Assembly (NCBI GenBank): GCA_004022145.1
Contig: RCNU01000010.1
Source of the DNA: Paecilomyces variotii
Lineage: Eukaryota
Strand: one strand, 5' to 3'
DNA length: 64,000 bases
The notes beneath the pieces are model-generated. The model did no database searches, was not told the origin of the DNA, and was given only the letters and a program-made list of their open reading frames with translations. Within the stretch, counting starts at the first letter, position 1. Each line of letters begins with the position of its first letter. A program made the position numbers and the translations under genes. Of this stretch, positions 24,562-36,799 are shown piece by piece.

Positions 24562-27531
24562 ATGCCACCAAGATCCAAAAAGGTTAAGACTACTGCACCA
24601 AACCACCATACTCAAGCACTGATTGGAAACCATGTGGAAATGAGACCACTTAATCCAGATGACCCTGAGTTCAAAGATGAGGAGAACGATGTAAGCCAGA
24701 GGCCCAGAGACCTGGGACTGTCAGGATAGCAAGTATCTCACGCTCTACTTTATAGGTATCCTTTTCTGTTCAGCCAGAGGTTATTATTCCTTGTTTTGAG
24801 GCTATCACAACTAGCTTAGTCGAGAACCTTCACCTGGAAGTCTGGAAAGAGTTCGATATTCTATCGTACTGGGGACATATTGAAATGCTCGGGGGGTTAA
24901 AAGCAGTAGTTTCGGAAACCCTCAGATGTATCCATCCAAAAATCAGGTCTCTTGAAGGCAAGAGAGTCACCCCTCAGACGTAAGTCCACAATTCGAGCAT
25001 CTAACTTGGTATCGATGAGGTCTGTTAACACATAGAAGATTGGACGATATTCGGTGTAGTGATCCTGCACACTGGCCAGCCCACAGCGGGTACCTAAGTT
25101 ACGTCAAGGATCTGAGAAACAGCCAATACTGGCGCGCTTATGTCGGTCAATCGTCGAAACCCGCTCATCGCATAAAACAGCATATGGATGCATATTTCAA
25201 ACGGGATCAGTCTACTTTACATTATTATATCCTTTCTAAAGCACGAAGTCACAGATCAATGGGTTTCATTCCTCTCTGGAGTATACCTTTGAGTGATTCC
25301 GACGAAAGCGAAACTTGCCGGCATCTGCTTCTGAGTAATGTCCTTGAGATGGTTATGTGTCGAGCGTTTCAGACTTTGTCAAATGCTGCACTGCAGAAAT
25401 TTTTTGGAGATGCGGACAAATCAGAATATGCGAATGTAGGCCTCAATATTCTTCCACCCCTACTCCAAGGACTTGAAGTTAGTAGGTCAACCAGGCGACT
25501 ATATACAAAAGGTTTCGAAGATTCTCCCGACCCGCAAGTTCAACAATGGCCCAAAGTCAGGCAGGAACAGCTGCATTCATTTATAAGATCTTCAAATAAT
25601 CTAGAACGCCGTATCCAACGGAAAGTCAATGGAGATTACTACAAAATCGCTCTGGCAAAAGCAATTGAAGGATACGATTTGCCCAATCCTATTCAAGATT
25701 TTGCAGAGATTAATTTGGTTTCATCACAGCCTGAAGACATGGTGAGCTTAATGAAAGAAGCATCATCTTCTATCGAAGCTGTTTCCAGCGGACCGGATTT
25801 AATACGACCATTCGGTCAACTTGCGGCGAAAATTGGCATTGTTTTAGATTGGTGCCCTGTCAACAGAGCAGAAAGCGAATATTCTATCAGAAACAATATC
25901 ACGGCAGTTCCACCAATTCTTATGAACTGTGGCTTCAACCAAAATAACTCCCTGATTTGGACCTACACATCTAAAGCATGCATTTCTATCTAACAGCGCT
26001 GCTTTGATTGAAAGCGCACTTGAAGACCAAGTTATCCGATCAGTCCATTCCAAACTTATCCAGAAGTCTAACCTTCGCGTGATCCTACTGTGCGGTCTAA
26101 ATGCCGAAAGGAGCATTGTGTCTCCTGGACTATCTCCTATTAAAATCGAACTTCAAGGGTATTCCTACTCTGCTTATATTGAATTAAAGGAGACTGGGGC
26201 TGAAATCAAACGACTATATGTACGGTTACCGTTTTCATTGACTTCCTTACGTTCCACAAACTGGAGGCAATGCATGCAATTTGGCGAATTGTTGAGATTC
26301 GTAACAGTAATTCTGGATACAAAGGAGATCCGGGGCTATTCTATGGCAAACCAATCTGTATATCGCTTTATCATTACGCAATATGCTGATGAGCGGGACT
26401 CAAAATGCGATCCAATGACTATTGGAACCCTTGACCCAATTCTCCTCGATTGGCTTGCATTGAAAGGAATAGTTCATCAAGATGCTATTCTAGAATTTGC
26501 AAAACTCGGTGGAAGTATGATCCGTGGCATTCTACTACTATTAGTGAGCCTTCCTAGGAAACCAAAGGGAACATATCCGTGTTCGAAGCGGGAGCTTTAT
26601 CAAGGACATGAGACTCGTATCCCACTCTTCAGCCTAGAGCAACTAGAAAGATCTAGGAGGCTCTACAGAAAAACACGCGTGTCGCTGCATAGTAGCGAAA
26701 AATCTAATTCATTGAGCTCTGGTAGTCAACCCGACAGCACTCAACTCAACAACGCTGGACTCGAGGACGCCGAACTTGATGACGCCTTGATGCGCTCTCA
26801 GAAGCTTGATGAGATCTTAAAGGAACCGGCGCTTCTTGACGATGTCTTGAAAGAAGACGTGTTTGAGGACCTTGAAGAATATAATGTTGAATCTTTACTG
26901 CAGAATCAAGCAAGTGCAGCCTTCTCTGATGATCAAGATCCTGATGATGAAGGAGCGGATGATCCCAGGAGCCTCTACTATCGACCGAGAATAAGTCTCA
27001 ATGCAATGAAGGAACTATTGAATGGCCGATTTTACAAGGGAAAAAATTGCATAAGACCACCCAATACTTTCCAAATCAATGTCTGGGAAGTAAATTTGAT
27101 TATATCCAATCAAGATAAAGACATCGATTTTGATCGAGGGTTCGTGGTCACTATGGATATTAGCCCTCCTGGCATCCGGAACCCAAATGTTTACGTCGCA
27201 ACAGCTCTAGATAGCGATCCAGCTTCAAGAGTTGCTTTTAATGTCACTGCGACCAGCAATTCAGGAGAACGGATATCAATATACCCGCAAAGCACTAAAA
27301 GGAATAAAAAGGTAATCATGAAAGTGAATACTCTTTTCGACTATTTACAAGGTATGCTTGCCAATAAAGACAGGAGATCTTCCAAAATTAATATCAAATA
27401 AAGGTCTGTCGCTGGGTGAAGTAATTGCAACTCCTCGGAGGTTTGTAGCGATTCAGAAATCGGAGATGGCACTTAGGGATACACGTTTGAGCAGATTCAT
27501 CTATCCAGGTGACTTCACAGACGGAAGTTAA
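24562..27531 (+). pseudogene. Large hypothetical protein with an N-terminal GIY-YIG-like nuclease domain and one apparent frameshift near 25960-25995
   Basis: Exons 24562-24690, 24756-24979, 25036 onward and a last exon of about 27404-27531 splice in frame. Motifs: GYLSY..AYVGQS....RIKQH...VLE...GLN. ORFs 25040-25993 and 26004-27401 are in different frames with no plausible intron between them. Confidence 0.6.
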
Positions 27532-28005
27532 CTGTCGATACTGATCATACTGGAACATCAACATAAAGCGAACATGACACCACAGACTATATCCTAGCGA
27601 GTCAGAGTTTAGGATTTCATACAATTTACCCCCTTTTCAGCGCAAGAGAATTTTCGTCTTGATATGTCCATAAATCTAGAGTATGCTTACATTAGTTAAC
27701 TTCATCTCGCGATCTAGCATTTTGTGAAAAAATAACCCTCTTGTACCTCCAGACGATGACCACCTAAGAACTCCACACCAGTCCCTAATACAAGGCACGA
27801 AGCCTTCGTCTAGTGTTATACGAATCTAGCTCAGCAGTCTTACCAAGCAGCATTACTTAACTAGCACCCTATACATTCTCACAGATCTCAACAATATAGA
27901 GCGCAAATGCTCAATCAATATAAAATCATTTTTTGCACCCACAGCTCGCACATACGACCCATATATTCATTCTATTTCTCCACGAAGATCCAGCACTTTA
28001 CTTTG

Positions 28006-28050
<45 letters not shown>
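28006..28050 (+). repeat. Poly(A) tract, 45 nt
   Basis: Direct read of the sequence. Confidence 0.95.
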
Positions 28051-28054
<4 letters not shown>

Positions 28055-28522
28055 GAACAGCTCATTGCGGGACTGTTTTATACTTATCTTTAACATACCA
28101 TACCCACTTTCCCGATACGCCCGCCCTTGAGAATACGGATACGATATAATTTCCTACTCAGGGATAAATATACCACGGTTTTGACGCGGATTAATTAGCA
28201 CAACGGCCGAAAATGAATTGCCAATAATAACTAATAGAAGAGGATTCTTTAGGTCTTCGGGAACCCGTGTGGATCCACGGTGTGATACCTATAGAGTACT
28301 AATTGAAAACATTATTGTCAAGGGCTCCTGGGTGATAATAATAATAATATGGGATTAAGGGGTCGAGCGCTAAAATGTTAAAGTTACTTCTCTACGGCCT
28401 AGGTAGCTTCGAGTGACTTGCTGTCCGTGAGGTATCCTTCCAACGATTATTTATAAATGCCTTGAGGCCCCCCCTCCTTGATGGTGCGTTGGGAGAGTCG
28501 CATCCTGCAGCAGAATGCCACC

Positions 28523-29818
28523 ATGCCTCTTACCATCCATCTCGACAACCCTCTCCCTTCATACTCCGGAGGCGAAACCATCCGCGGTCGGGTCACCCTC
28601 GAATCCCTCACCCAAATCGAAGTAAAAGACATCCGAATCACGCTCTCGGGAAAAGCCAAGACCAAGATCAAGAAAGTGAAACACGTCGGCGCCCCCAGAA
28701 CAACATATCGCGGCAAAGCTGTACTATTCGAGAAAGAAAAGATCCTAGTCCATATCGATGGCACACTTCCTCCGCAGACACTCGAATGGCGTTTCGAATT
28801 CACGTTTCCTACACATGTTCAAGCGCGCTCGGGTAAGAGCCAGTGGTCAAGCCAAATACCGTTCGATGCAGAGTCAACAACGCATTCGTTACCGCCGACG
28901 TTTATGGCGAATGTGGAAAATGAGTTGTGGGAGATAGAATCCGTCGTGGCGTATCAGATTCAGGTGGACGTGTCGAAGACGCAACGCATGCTTGTGGGGA
29001 GGAAATCGTTGATTTTTCATGAAGTGATACCCCTGACGTTCATACCGCCAGTTCCGTTCGAAGAAGAGAAAGGCTATGCGTCCGCATCAAGAATGGAGAC
29101 GTTCACGATCAGAAGTCTCTTGTTATTACCGGAGAATCGAGGGAGGAAACTTGATATCCGGGAAAAGATGACATCGTGGCTATCACCGAGTCAGCTGCCC
29201 GTGTTTAAATTTCGGGTCATATTCAATTATTCCTCGTGCCTTCATCAATCGGATCCCATGGTCTGCACTTTAGATATCCAGCCTATGTTGGAAGACTCGA
29301 CAGTTGCATCAGTCGCTCCCACGGTCTTCTTGAAGTCGGTTTCTCTCACGCTGCTGACTCGAACGGTGGCGTGGTCATCGCCGTCGATTATAGGCTCCTT
29401 AGTAGGAGACGTCGAGGAGTCCAAGAATATTCTCTCGGAGGGATCTTTGCGAATACCGGCTACTGGTCAGATAGACATCAGTGGTGCATGCGGACAGATC
29501 TCTCTCCAGCATCCAGATCCGTCATTTTCGACGTTCAATATCTGTCGCTCATACAGGTTACATGCGAGTATAGTTCTGGAATGTGCCGAGAAGACAGTTA
29601 CGTTCTCTGTGAGTGATGCTGACATTCATATACTGCCTGATAAGAGGAGTGTCGATGCTTCTGAGGCTGGAAAGACAAAAGGACATCCATATTCGGCTGG
29701 ACGGGTCGAGGCGCCAATGGAACCTGTGCCTGAACTTGATAGCGATGGAGTTTCCCCCCCTGCTTATGATTATTCGTCCTCCGTGTCGGTTGCTAGCTGC
29801 GAAAAGGGAAGCTTGTAG
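28523..29818 (+). CDS. Alpha-arrestin-like protein (intronless)
   Basis: Arrestin-N pattern IHLD....YSGGETIRGRVTL...IRITLSGKAKTKI, WRFEFTFP and LPPTF, with a C-terminal PPAY motif of the Rsp5/HulA WW-ligand type. Confidence 0.8.
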   Translation: MPLTIHLDNPLPSYSGGETIRGRVTLESLTQIEVKDIRITLSGKAKTKIKKVKHVGAPRTTYRGKAVLFEKEKILVHIDGTLPPQTLEWRFEFTFPTHVQARSGKSQWSSQIPFDAESTTHSLPPTFMANVENELWEIESVVAYQIQVDVSKTQRMLVGRKSLIFHEVIPLTFIPPVPFEEEKGYASASRMETFTIRSLLLLPENRGRKLDIREKMTSWLSPSQLPVFKFRVIFNYSSCLHQSDPMVCTLDIQPMLEDSTVASVAPTVFLKSVSLTLLTRTVAWSSPSIIGSLVGDVEESKNILSEGSLRIPATGQIDISGACGQISLQHPDPSFSTFNICRSYRLHASIVLECAEKTVTFSVSDADIHILPDKRSVDASEAGKTKGHPYSAGRVEAPMEPVPELDSDGVSPPAYDYSSSVSVASCEKGSL

Positions 29819-30399
29819 TAGTTATATCTAATATAAATCAAGTTGACATACTGAAAACCTAATATACGCTAAGAGTGACACGGCATGTAATTAATGACCC
29901 CACTACACTATTAGAAGGTCTAGAAGCATGTGCAAAAGGACGATATACAAATATCTAACGTATTGTTATGCTCAAGACATATCTTGTTCCGAGTCTTATG
30001 TGTCTTGGTATCTAACAATGTTCAAGCTTGGACGCCCATTGAATAGTGTACAATTATCTACAGTGGGACTTGTCAGACCCCATGGATTATTGCACCTGGA
30101 ATGTTCAATACTGCGGAAAATATCCCATCATAAAACCTGTGTGATCCAGAGCCCTGGCCCATCTACCATTTATCCGTTCTAGAGTCTGGTAGTGAAAACA
30201 GGATAGTATACAGTACAAACGGGGACATCGCCGAAAAGGAAAACGTAAAATCAGTTCTGCGGGAAAAGGCACGTGGCAGGTATAGCAGAAACCGCTAGGA
30301 TATCAGTACATCAAGGGGCCCCGAATGGATGAATCATCGATCATGAACAGCATTTTTAAACCCCATTTTCAACGTTCCGTGAATTATTTTGGTGGGCGT

Positions 30400-32000
30400 T
30401 TAGCCGGTGACCTTGTAGATGGCCTCGGCGAGTCTCTTGACGTTGCCGGTGGTGATACCAGCAACGGAGATACGGCCGTCCTTGGTAGCGTAGACGGAGT
30501 GCTACAAACAGTCAGTACGTAATCGTGATAGACTTGATCTGAAAAGAAAACTCACCTCCTTGGCCAGAGCGTCCATCTGCTCGGGCTTCAGACCAGTGTA
30601 GGCGAACATTCCGATCTGGACAATATTGGTTAGCACCGCATCTTTCTTAAACCATATCAGAGAAAACCAACCTGGCTGGTAATGTGAGACCAGTCGTGCT
30701 TGCTGCCCAGGTCCTCCAGGTTCTTCTTGAGCAGAGCACGCATCTTGATGATGCGGTCAGCCATGTCCTTGACCTCACCGAGCCACTGCTTGTTCAGGGC
30801 AGGGTCGTTCATGATGGTCGAGGCGATGCGGGCACCGTGGATGGGAGGGTTGGAGTATAGAGGACGGGTGAGGATCTTGATCTGAGAGTCGACGCGCTTC
30901 TTCTCCTCGGGAGACTCGCAAACGAGGGAGAAAGCACCAACACGCTCACCGTAGAGACCCTGAAACGGCGTCAGCAGACTCAGAAGAGTGTTGATATGTC
31001 GATTGCACTCACCATGTTCTTGGCAAAGCTCTGGCAGAGAGCAATGTTGTGGCCCTCCTTGACAAAGTAACGGGGAGCAAAGGCATCGCGGTCAGCGTTT
31101 CCACTGGCGAAACCCTGGTAGGCCATATCGAAGAAGGCAAAGTGGCCCTTCTCCTTCACGACGTCGCTGATCTTGCGCCACTGCTCCTCCGAGGGGTCAA
31201 CACCGGTAGGGTTGTGAGCGCAGGCGTGGAGCAGGATGATGCTCTGGGCCGGAGCGGCCTTGAGGTCCTCAATCAGACCCTCAAAGTCCAGACCAATGGT
31301 GTCCTTGTTGTAGTAGCGGTACTTGTCAACCTCGAGGCCGGAGTCCTTGAAGACGGCATTGTGGTTGGCCCAGCTGGGGGTAGGAATATAGATCTTCTTC
31401 GCGTGAGGGTAGAAACGCTGGAGGAAAGCACCTCCGATGCGCAGAGCACCGGTACCGGAGATGGTCTGAGTGATGGCAAGACGGTCCTCTGCGATCACAG
31501 GGGAGTCGGCGCCGTAGGCCAGCTTGGCCGCAGCCGCTGTGAAGGCCGGGACACCAGTGATACCGGCATACTCCTTGTCGAGGCGCGCGTTGACAATCTT
31601 GTCCTCTGCGGCGCGGACGGAGGGCAGGACGTACGGCTTGCCCTGGTCGTCACCTGTTTACGCGAGAAGCAAGCAATCAGACGATGGCTCCAGTAGTAAA
31701 TAATAAAAAAAAAAGATGATCAAGATCTCCCTTACGGTAAGCACCAACACCCAGGTTGATCTTCTCCTTGAATGAGTCAGCCTTGAAGGCTTCCGTGATA
31801 CCCAAGATGGCATCCTAGTACCATTGCAGTCAGCCGTCTGCGCTCATTAAGCATGTGATGATTTTATCATCCCAACTCACCGGAGGTCCCTGAGGGACAC
31901 TCGACCAAGTCGAGGCCGGACGAACACCTGCGAGCAGGGTGCGCAGGCCAGACTGACGGGAAGCCGTCTGGCGGCTGGCAAGACGAAGGGTGGACAGCAT
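30400..32000 (-). CDS. AAT1: Aspartate aminotransferase, mitochondrial (multi-exon)
   Basis: Presequence [11 protein letters not shown], then [56 protein letters not shown], the PLP lysine motif [15 protein letters not shown], and DGRISVAG. Confidence 0.96.
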
Positions 32001-33125
32001 GGCGGACGTTCAAACAACCAGACACGATTAATTGGAGGCGACAAGAATCGAATAGACCACCAAGGAGATGGATGGAGAACTAATTGCACAGACCCGGGAC
32101 TGGAAGAGAAAGAGAGAGAGAAAGAGTGAAAGTTGAGCGAGGGAAGGGAAGCTCCGGAGTAATAGAGTCGAGTCACGGAGCGGTGTCGCTTCGCGGCGTA
32201 CCTCCAGTCTGAGCTTAGAGAGTCTCCAACCAGTCAACTAACCAATTCAATATTCACTAACTTACTTATTCACTAACTAACTAAGTTAACTACAGCTTGA
32301 CACGGACCTTAACGTTGGATTTGACTTTTGTCTTGTGTCCGGTGAGCGCACAACGGGAAAAGTGTCGATTCTAGTCCAGCCAGACCAGGAGACAAAAAAA
32401 CGCCCCCCGTGGATCGGCCAGCTCTCCGCACTCGCTCTCTGCGGAGAACAGTTGGACTGAATCTGATAGAGCCAGTCGAGTCTAGGTAAGAGAAACACTA
32501 TCTACTGCTATGAACTAGTTACTGCTGATTGCTGATGATATCTCGATGAAAATTCAGATCTATTCTATCTACTACTCTCTGTGTGTGACCCGGGATATGC
32601 GACCAGGGAGATGCATAAACATCAATGCTGGACTCAACCATCACAAGCTAGAAAAGAAAAAGGGAAAAGAAAGAAAAGTGCCGACATCGTCAGATCTCCG
32701 AAACAGAACCCCACTCGCTTAATCCCAGCCTGGTTAAAGGATTGCTCCGTGTCTTTCTTCTTGCGACAGTCGGGATTCGGGCCAAAAAGAGCTAATTGTT
32801 ATTATGGTACATAGATATTATGGTTCTCGAGATGAACGGAGCAAAGAAAAAGAAAAAAGCAGAAAATCTGGGGAACCCTACCCATCGTCCATCCCCAGCA
32901 TTCTCTTTTATGTGACTAGGAGATGCAATTACGCAGAATAGTCTGATCTAGCCCGTGGAATGTATCCAGTGAAGCGTGTTTCGGAATGCCGCGCTGGGTA
33001 ATTAATTATGTACAGGTACAGGTCATCAAGCGACGGAGATCCCGTCGTCTAGTCTAGCATTAAGTTATCTATCGCTGCTCGTCATCAACAACATCCCCAG
33101 ACGATCGTCGGTGTCTTCCCCGTCT

Positions 33126-35162
33126 TTACCCCAATCTCACACCGGCCTGGCGGTTCCGACGGGCTGCGTCGCCCATCGCGTTGTTCATGCCCGTGTGCTG
33201 GCTGCTGTCCAGCGCGCTCATCGCCTCCCGTTTCTTCTCCTCCTCGATCTTCTTCAGGTGCTTCTCGGTCTTCATGCGCCCGCTGCCCTTGCCGTGGAAC
33301 TGGTGGCTCAGGTGCTTGAACGCCTCCTTCTGGTTCATCAACCGACCATGCTCGTCGACGTACTTCAGCTGCACATCGGGCTTGTACTCGCGATTGAAGA
33401 TCTCCGCCATCTGGCGCGATTCCTGCTGGTCGCGCTGCTTGTTCTCCCACTGAGCATACTCCTCGCGTTCCCGGGCCGACATGCGGTCCAGCTTGCCCGA
33501 CGTGCGGTTCCGCTCACGCTGCAGCCGAGCCCGTTTCTCCGCTTCAGTCTCACGGCGGTACTTCTCCTGCAGGAAGCGCTGGCGGTCGCGATGGAGGGAG
33601 TTGAGCTCGGTCGCATCCGTCTGTTTGACGAGACCGCGCTGCCGCAGCATCGACAGAGTGGCCCCCAGACCCTGGTCAAGCGTCGCTTCTTCGTCCAGAC
33701 CGGTGACGCTGATCTCCGGCGGCACACCACCTTCTTTCTTAATCGACTCTTCTCTCTTGATGCGCTCTTTGAGCTCCTCCTCATCCTCGACCTCATTGTA
33801 GACCCGTTCCATGTCAACATCAGGGGACTCTTCCTTGACAGACGGCTCCCGGGCCGCTGGGGTAGTAGAACGGCGTTCACGACGCTCTGGAAGTGTAGGT
33901 CTCTGTAGGTTGGAGACGAACTCGGAGGTCTCATCGATAACCAAGCCGGGCTCTTCTTCCTCTCCGGTTTCCATGGGAGTTTGAGACTCTTCTTCCCGGA
34001 GCTGTCGAGCAAGGTCCTCTGGTCGCATCTTCTTGCGCTTCTTGAAAGCGGCGCGTCTCTGCAGAGCTAGAGAAGCTTGTAAATCTTCGTCGTCGACGAA
34101 AGACGTCTCTTCACTGCGTTTACGGACTGCTGGTGCCAGTCCATTCGTAGCAGAGTCGACATCCATGGAATCTCCATTACTCGTAGCACCCGCTGGAGAG
34201 CCTGTAGATTCGGCAGTCGGGAAAATATCGTCATCGTCAATGACCCTTTGTCGGGTGGACTTGGCCTTCTTCTTCTTTGGCTTCTTGATCTTGACCTCGC
34301 TGATATCCATATAATCAGAAACCGGAGCGGCGGGCTCGGGAGCAATGTCCAGACTGATGGCGTGCGCCTTCAGCTTCTGTGAGACATCTTGTCGCTTGGC
34401 CTCTCGCTCCTCCGCAGTGGAACCTTGACCATCAAGCGTAAAGCGTTTCCGCTTCTTTCCCTCAATCTCTTCATCGTAGTGGCCCAGAATGCCAGAAGAC
34501 TCCTCTGTCGGATCATATGCCGTCCGTTTCTTCTTCAGCTCCAGTCTTTCCTTCAGCTTTTCCTGTTCACGCAGCTCGAGATTTTCCAGCTCATCACCCT
34601 CCTCCTCATTCTCATCGATCGTAGTATCCCTCAGCGTAAGAATCTGCTCTCCGCCGGCCTCGAGATCGGCGATTTCATGCCCGACCTTAACACCAGCCAG
34701 ATCAGCCGCCGTGTATTCCGCTATACGTTCCCGCTCAGCCAGTTCCTCCGCCAGCTTGCGAGCTCGCTCCTTCTCGATCTTCTTCTGCTTCTTCTTCGCC
34801 TGCATCAGCCAGGTTTTGGTATCGGTGCTCGCATCGTCCAGTTCACCAAGCGTCTGGCCCTCCAGCTGACGATTCCGCTGCGCAGCTTCGCGGGCTCTCT
34901 TGATCGCGGCGTTCTTCTCATCACGTCTGCGCTTTGCGTCTATTTCCTCCTGGTGTTTCCGCCAGTTGTCACCAGCCTGCGCAGAACGCGACTCGAGTGT
35001 ACTACCGGGGTCTTCTTGCTCAGAGCCCGAGCCTGCATCGTCGGACTTGGACTCCTTGAACGTCAGACCGGTGGCGGGGGCAGCACCGGGGACAGGAAGG
35101 GGTTTCAGACCCAGTGCCACCCGGATTTTGTTGTTCTGCTCGATCGAAAGAGCATCCGCCAT
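33126..35162 (-). CDS. SNU66: U4/U6.U5 tri-snRNP protein Snu66/SART-1
   Basis: 678-aa ORF with the N-terminal HIND motif LSIEQNNKIRVALGLKPL and the C-terminal YKPDVQLKYVDEHGR..KEAFKHLSHQFHGKGSG. Confidence 0.95.
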   Translation of the reverse strand: MADALSIEQNNKIRVALGLKPLPVPGAAPATGLTFKESKSDDAGSGSEQEDPGSTLESRSAQAGDNWRKHQEEIDAKRRRDEKNAAIKRAREAAQRNRQLEGQTLGELDDASTDTKTWLMQAKKKQKKIEKERARKLAEELAERERIAEYTAADLAGVKVGHEIADLEAGGEQILTLRDTTIDENEEEGDELENLELREQEKLKERLELKKKRTAYDPTEESSGILGHYDEEIEGKKRKRFTLDGQGSTAEEREAKRQDVSQKLKAHAISLDIAPEPAAPVSDYMDISEVKIKKPKKKKAKSTRQRVIDDDDIFPTAESTGSPAGATSNGDSMDVDSATNGLAPAVRKRSEETSFVDDEDLQASLALQRRAAFKKRKKMRPEDLARQLREEESQTPMETGEEEEPGLVIDETSEFVSNLQRPTLPERRERRSTTPAAREPSVKEESPDVDMERVYNEVEDEEELKERIKREESIKKEGGVPPEISVTGLDEEATLDQGLGATLSMLRQRGLVKQTDATELNSLHRDRQRFLQEKYRRETEAEKRARLQRERNRTSGKLDRMSAREREEYAQWENKQRDQQESRQMAEIFNREYKPDVQLKYVDEHGRLMNQKEAFKHLSHQFHGKGSGRMKTEKHLKKIEEEKKREAMSALDSSQHTGMNNAMGDAARRNRQAGVRLG

Positions 35163-35469
35163 TTTGGCGGGTTGAATAATGAGGCTGGGACGTAGGTTGG
35201 GTGAAGAGAGAAATATATCAACCAGAGACTGCGAGGTTGATAGTTAATGATCACTATCTCGTATCACGGCGAACTATTGTTACTCTAAGGCTTAAGCAGC
35301 CGCCCAGGCTCCAGGTTCGAATCGCCGAATATATTTTCCCGTTCCGATCCTAAAATAGACTAGCGCAGGAAAACTCACTGGCGCGGCTCCACTCAAGGCC
35401 CCAAATAAAAAAGATCGCGTTTTCTCTTCTCTTTCTCTTTTTCTTTTTTTTCTTCTTCATTCACAACAA

Positions 35470-35826
35470 ACCTACAGATCTGTGTCCTGCGATCCTGGCC
35501 ACGGATAAGTTGCTTGCTTCTGCTTGCGACGGACTCTGTGTGTCCGGTTGATTGCTCGACAGTTCGACGACCAAGGAGCCATCACTACGCCTTTTTCAAA
35601 GGTGTAGGAAATGGTGTCAATTTCCGGTCGACAGATCTCAGAGCGAAGTCCAGCTCCGGTGCTTCACTTCGGTCTTGAGCTCCCTTCCTCTTCTCTCCCC
35701 TTACGGGGAAGGGAGGTTGGTGAGTTCGACTGGATGGCCTGGTTGCTGGCGGCGTCATATTCCCAGTCCCTTTGCCGAGGCCGTTGGCTGGTGAGGTTAG
35801 GGAAAAACCATGACATGCCAACATTA
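35470..35826 (+). ncRNA. SNR30: H/ACA snoRNA snR30/U17 homolog (5' end approximate)
   Basis: The 3' hairpin has m1 ATATTCCCA (35757-35765) and m2 AAACCAT (35805-35811) on opposite strands, with a closing stem TGGC..GTC/GAC..GCCA and an ACA box at 35821-35823. The 5' domain is closed by AGATCTGT (35476-35483)/ACAGATCT (35631-35638), followed by an H-box-like AGAGCG. Confidence 0.82.
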
Positions 35827-36023
35827 CTTGACTTTCTATGCATTTTTGTAGTTCTGGTTCATATATTAAAATTATTTGAGCCTGTTCGTAATTTTTGTCA
35901 TCGTAAGAGTTACAAGCATCATGCTTAATGCTCAACTAGAGCTTTTATGGACAATAATGTTGTCAGGCCTATCCGGCCTCCAGCTCCATGATAGCCATGT
36001 ACGACCTGACCCAAAGTCACCAT

Positions 36024-36799
36024 CTACAACAACTTCAAATGCCCCGTCACGCTATCGACCACACTCTTCGGTCCCAGTATTCCTAACACCGTCCTGCTAC
36101 CACTGGCAATCTGCGTGCGGCCTGCATCCTGAATGACGCGAGCGCAGAGTCCCAGACTGAGCGCCTGCGCCTGGAGAAGCAGTATATCCTCTTCCGACTT
36201 CACTTGCAAAGCAACCTTTGCCTGGCCACCGCGCTCCCAACGACGGAGAATAGGGGAATTGGGCGAATTGGAAAGATAATATTTGTAGCAAGCGAGAGTG
36301 GCATGGCCGCATTGCGCGGCGATTTTGCCTATTCATCATAACGCAAGTCAGTATACTCAAAAGAATCAAGACCAGGCATCCAAAATCAGATAGATAGCAT
36401 AAGAGCTCAACCCAGTCCCAGAAACAGATCAGATACAGAAGCAAAAAGGGAAGAAGGGAAGGGCATACCCTTCGTCATACCCAAATCCGTCCTAACAACC
36501 AACACAAGCTTAACTTCTTCATTATTCCCTTCGAAATTCGCCAATTCTCCTCCCTCCTCCTCCTCCTCCTCTTCCTCTTCCTCTTCTTCTTCACTTTCTT
36601 CTTCATCCGAAGACCCCCTATGCACTTTCACATCATAGCTATTCGGCCAGCTCTTCTTCTGGGTCGATTTCGACGAGAACAGACCCAGCGCGGCGCCCTG
36701 TCCGATGAAAAAGCCCGTGACTCCAGCGACGATGGCTGTCGCGACGACGTAGGATGCTGTCGAGGACGTTAGGGGTGGTAGTGATGTTGATGTCGCCAT
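36024..36799 (-). CDS. PTH2: Peptidyl-tRNA hydrolase 2, 2 exons
   Basis: N-terminal TM anchor, then KLVLVVRTDLGMTK|GKIAAQCGHA, GQAKVALQ and IQDAGRTQIASGSRTVLGILGP. Confidence 0.95.

Noticed and set aside
25977-25997. A GC..CTAACAG micro-intron bridging the two GIY-YIG-like ORFs
   Set aside because: Only about 21 nt, too short, and a multiple of 3, so it would not correct the frame difference.
27907-28149. Poly-lysine ORFs, or a possible retroposon tail
   Set aside because: Produced by the 45-nt A tract. No target-site duplication or element body was recognised.
7600-28400. Starship or other large transposon spanning the accessory-looking tract
   Set aside because: No DUF3435 tyrosine recombinase, transposase, RT, LTRs or TIRs were recognised, and the core gene ypdA lies in the middle.
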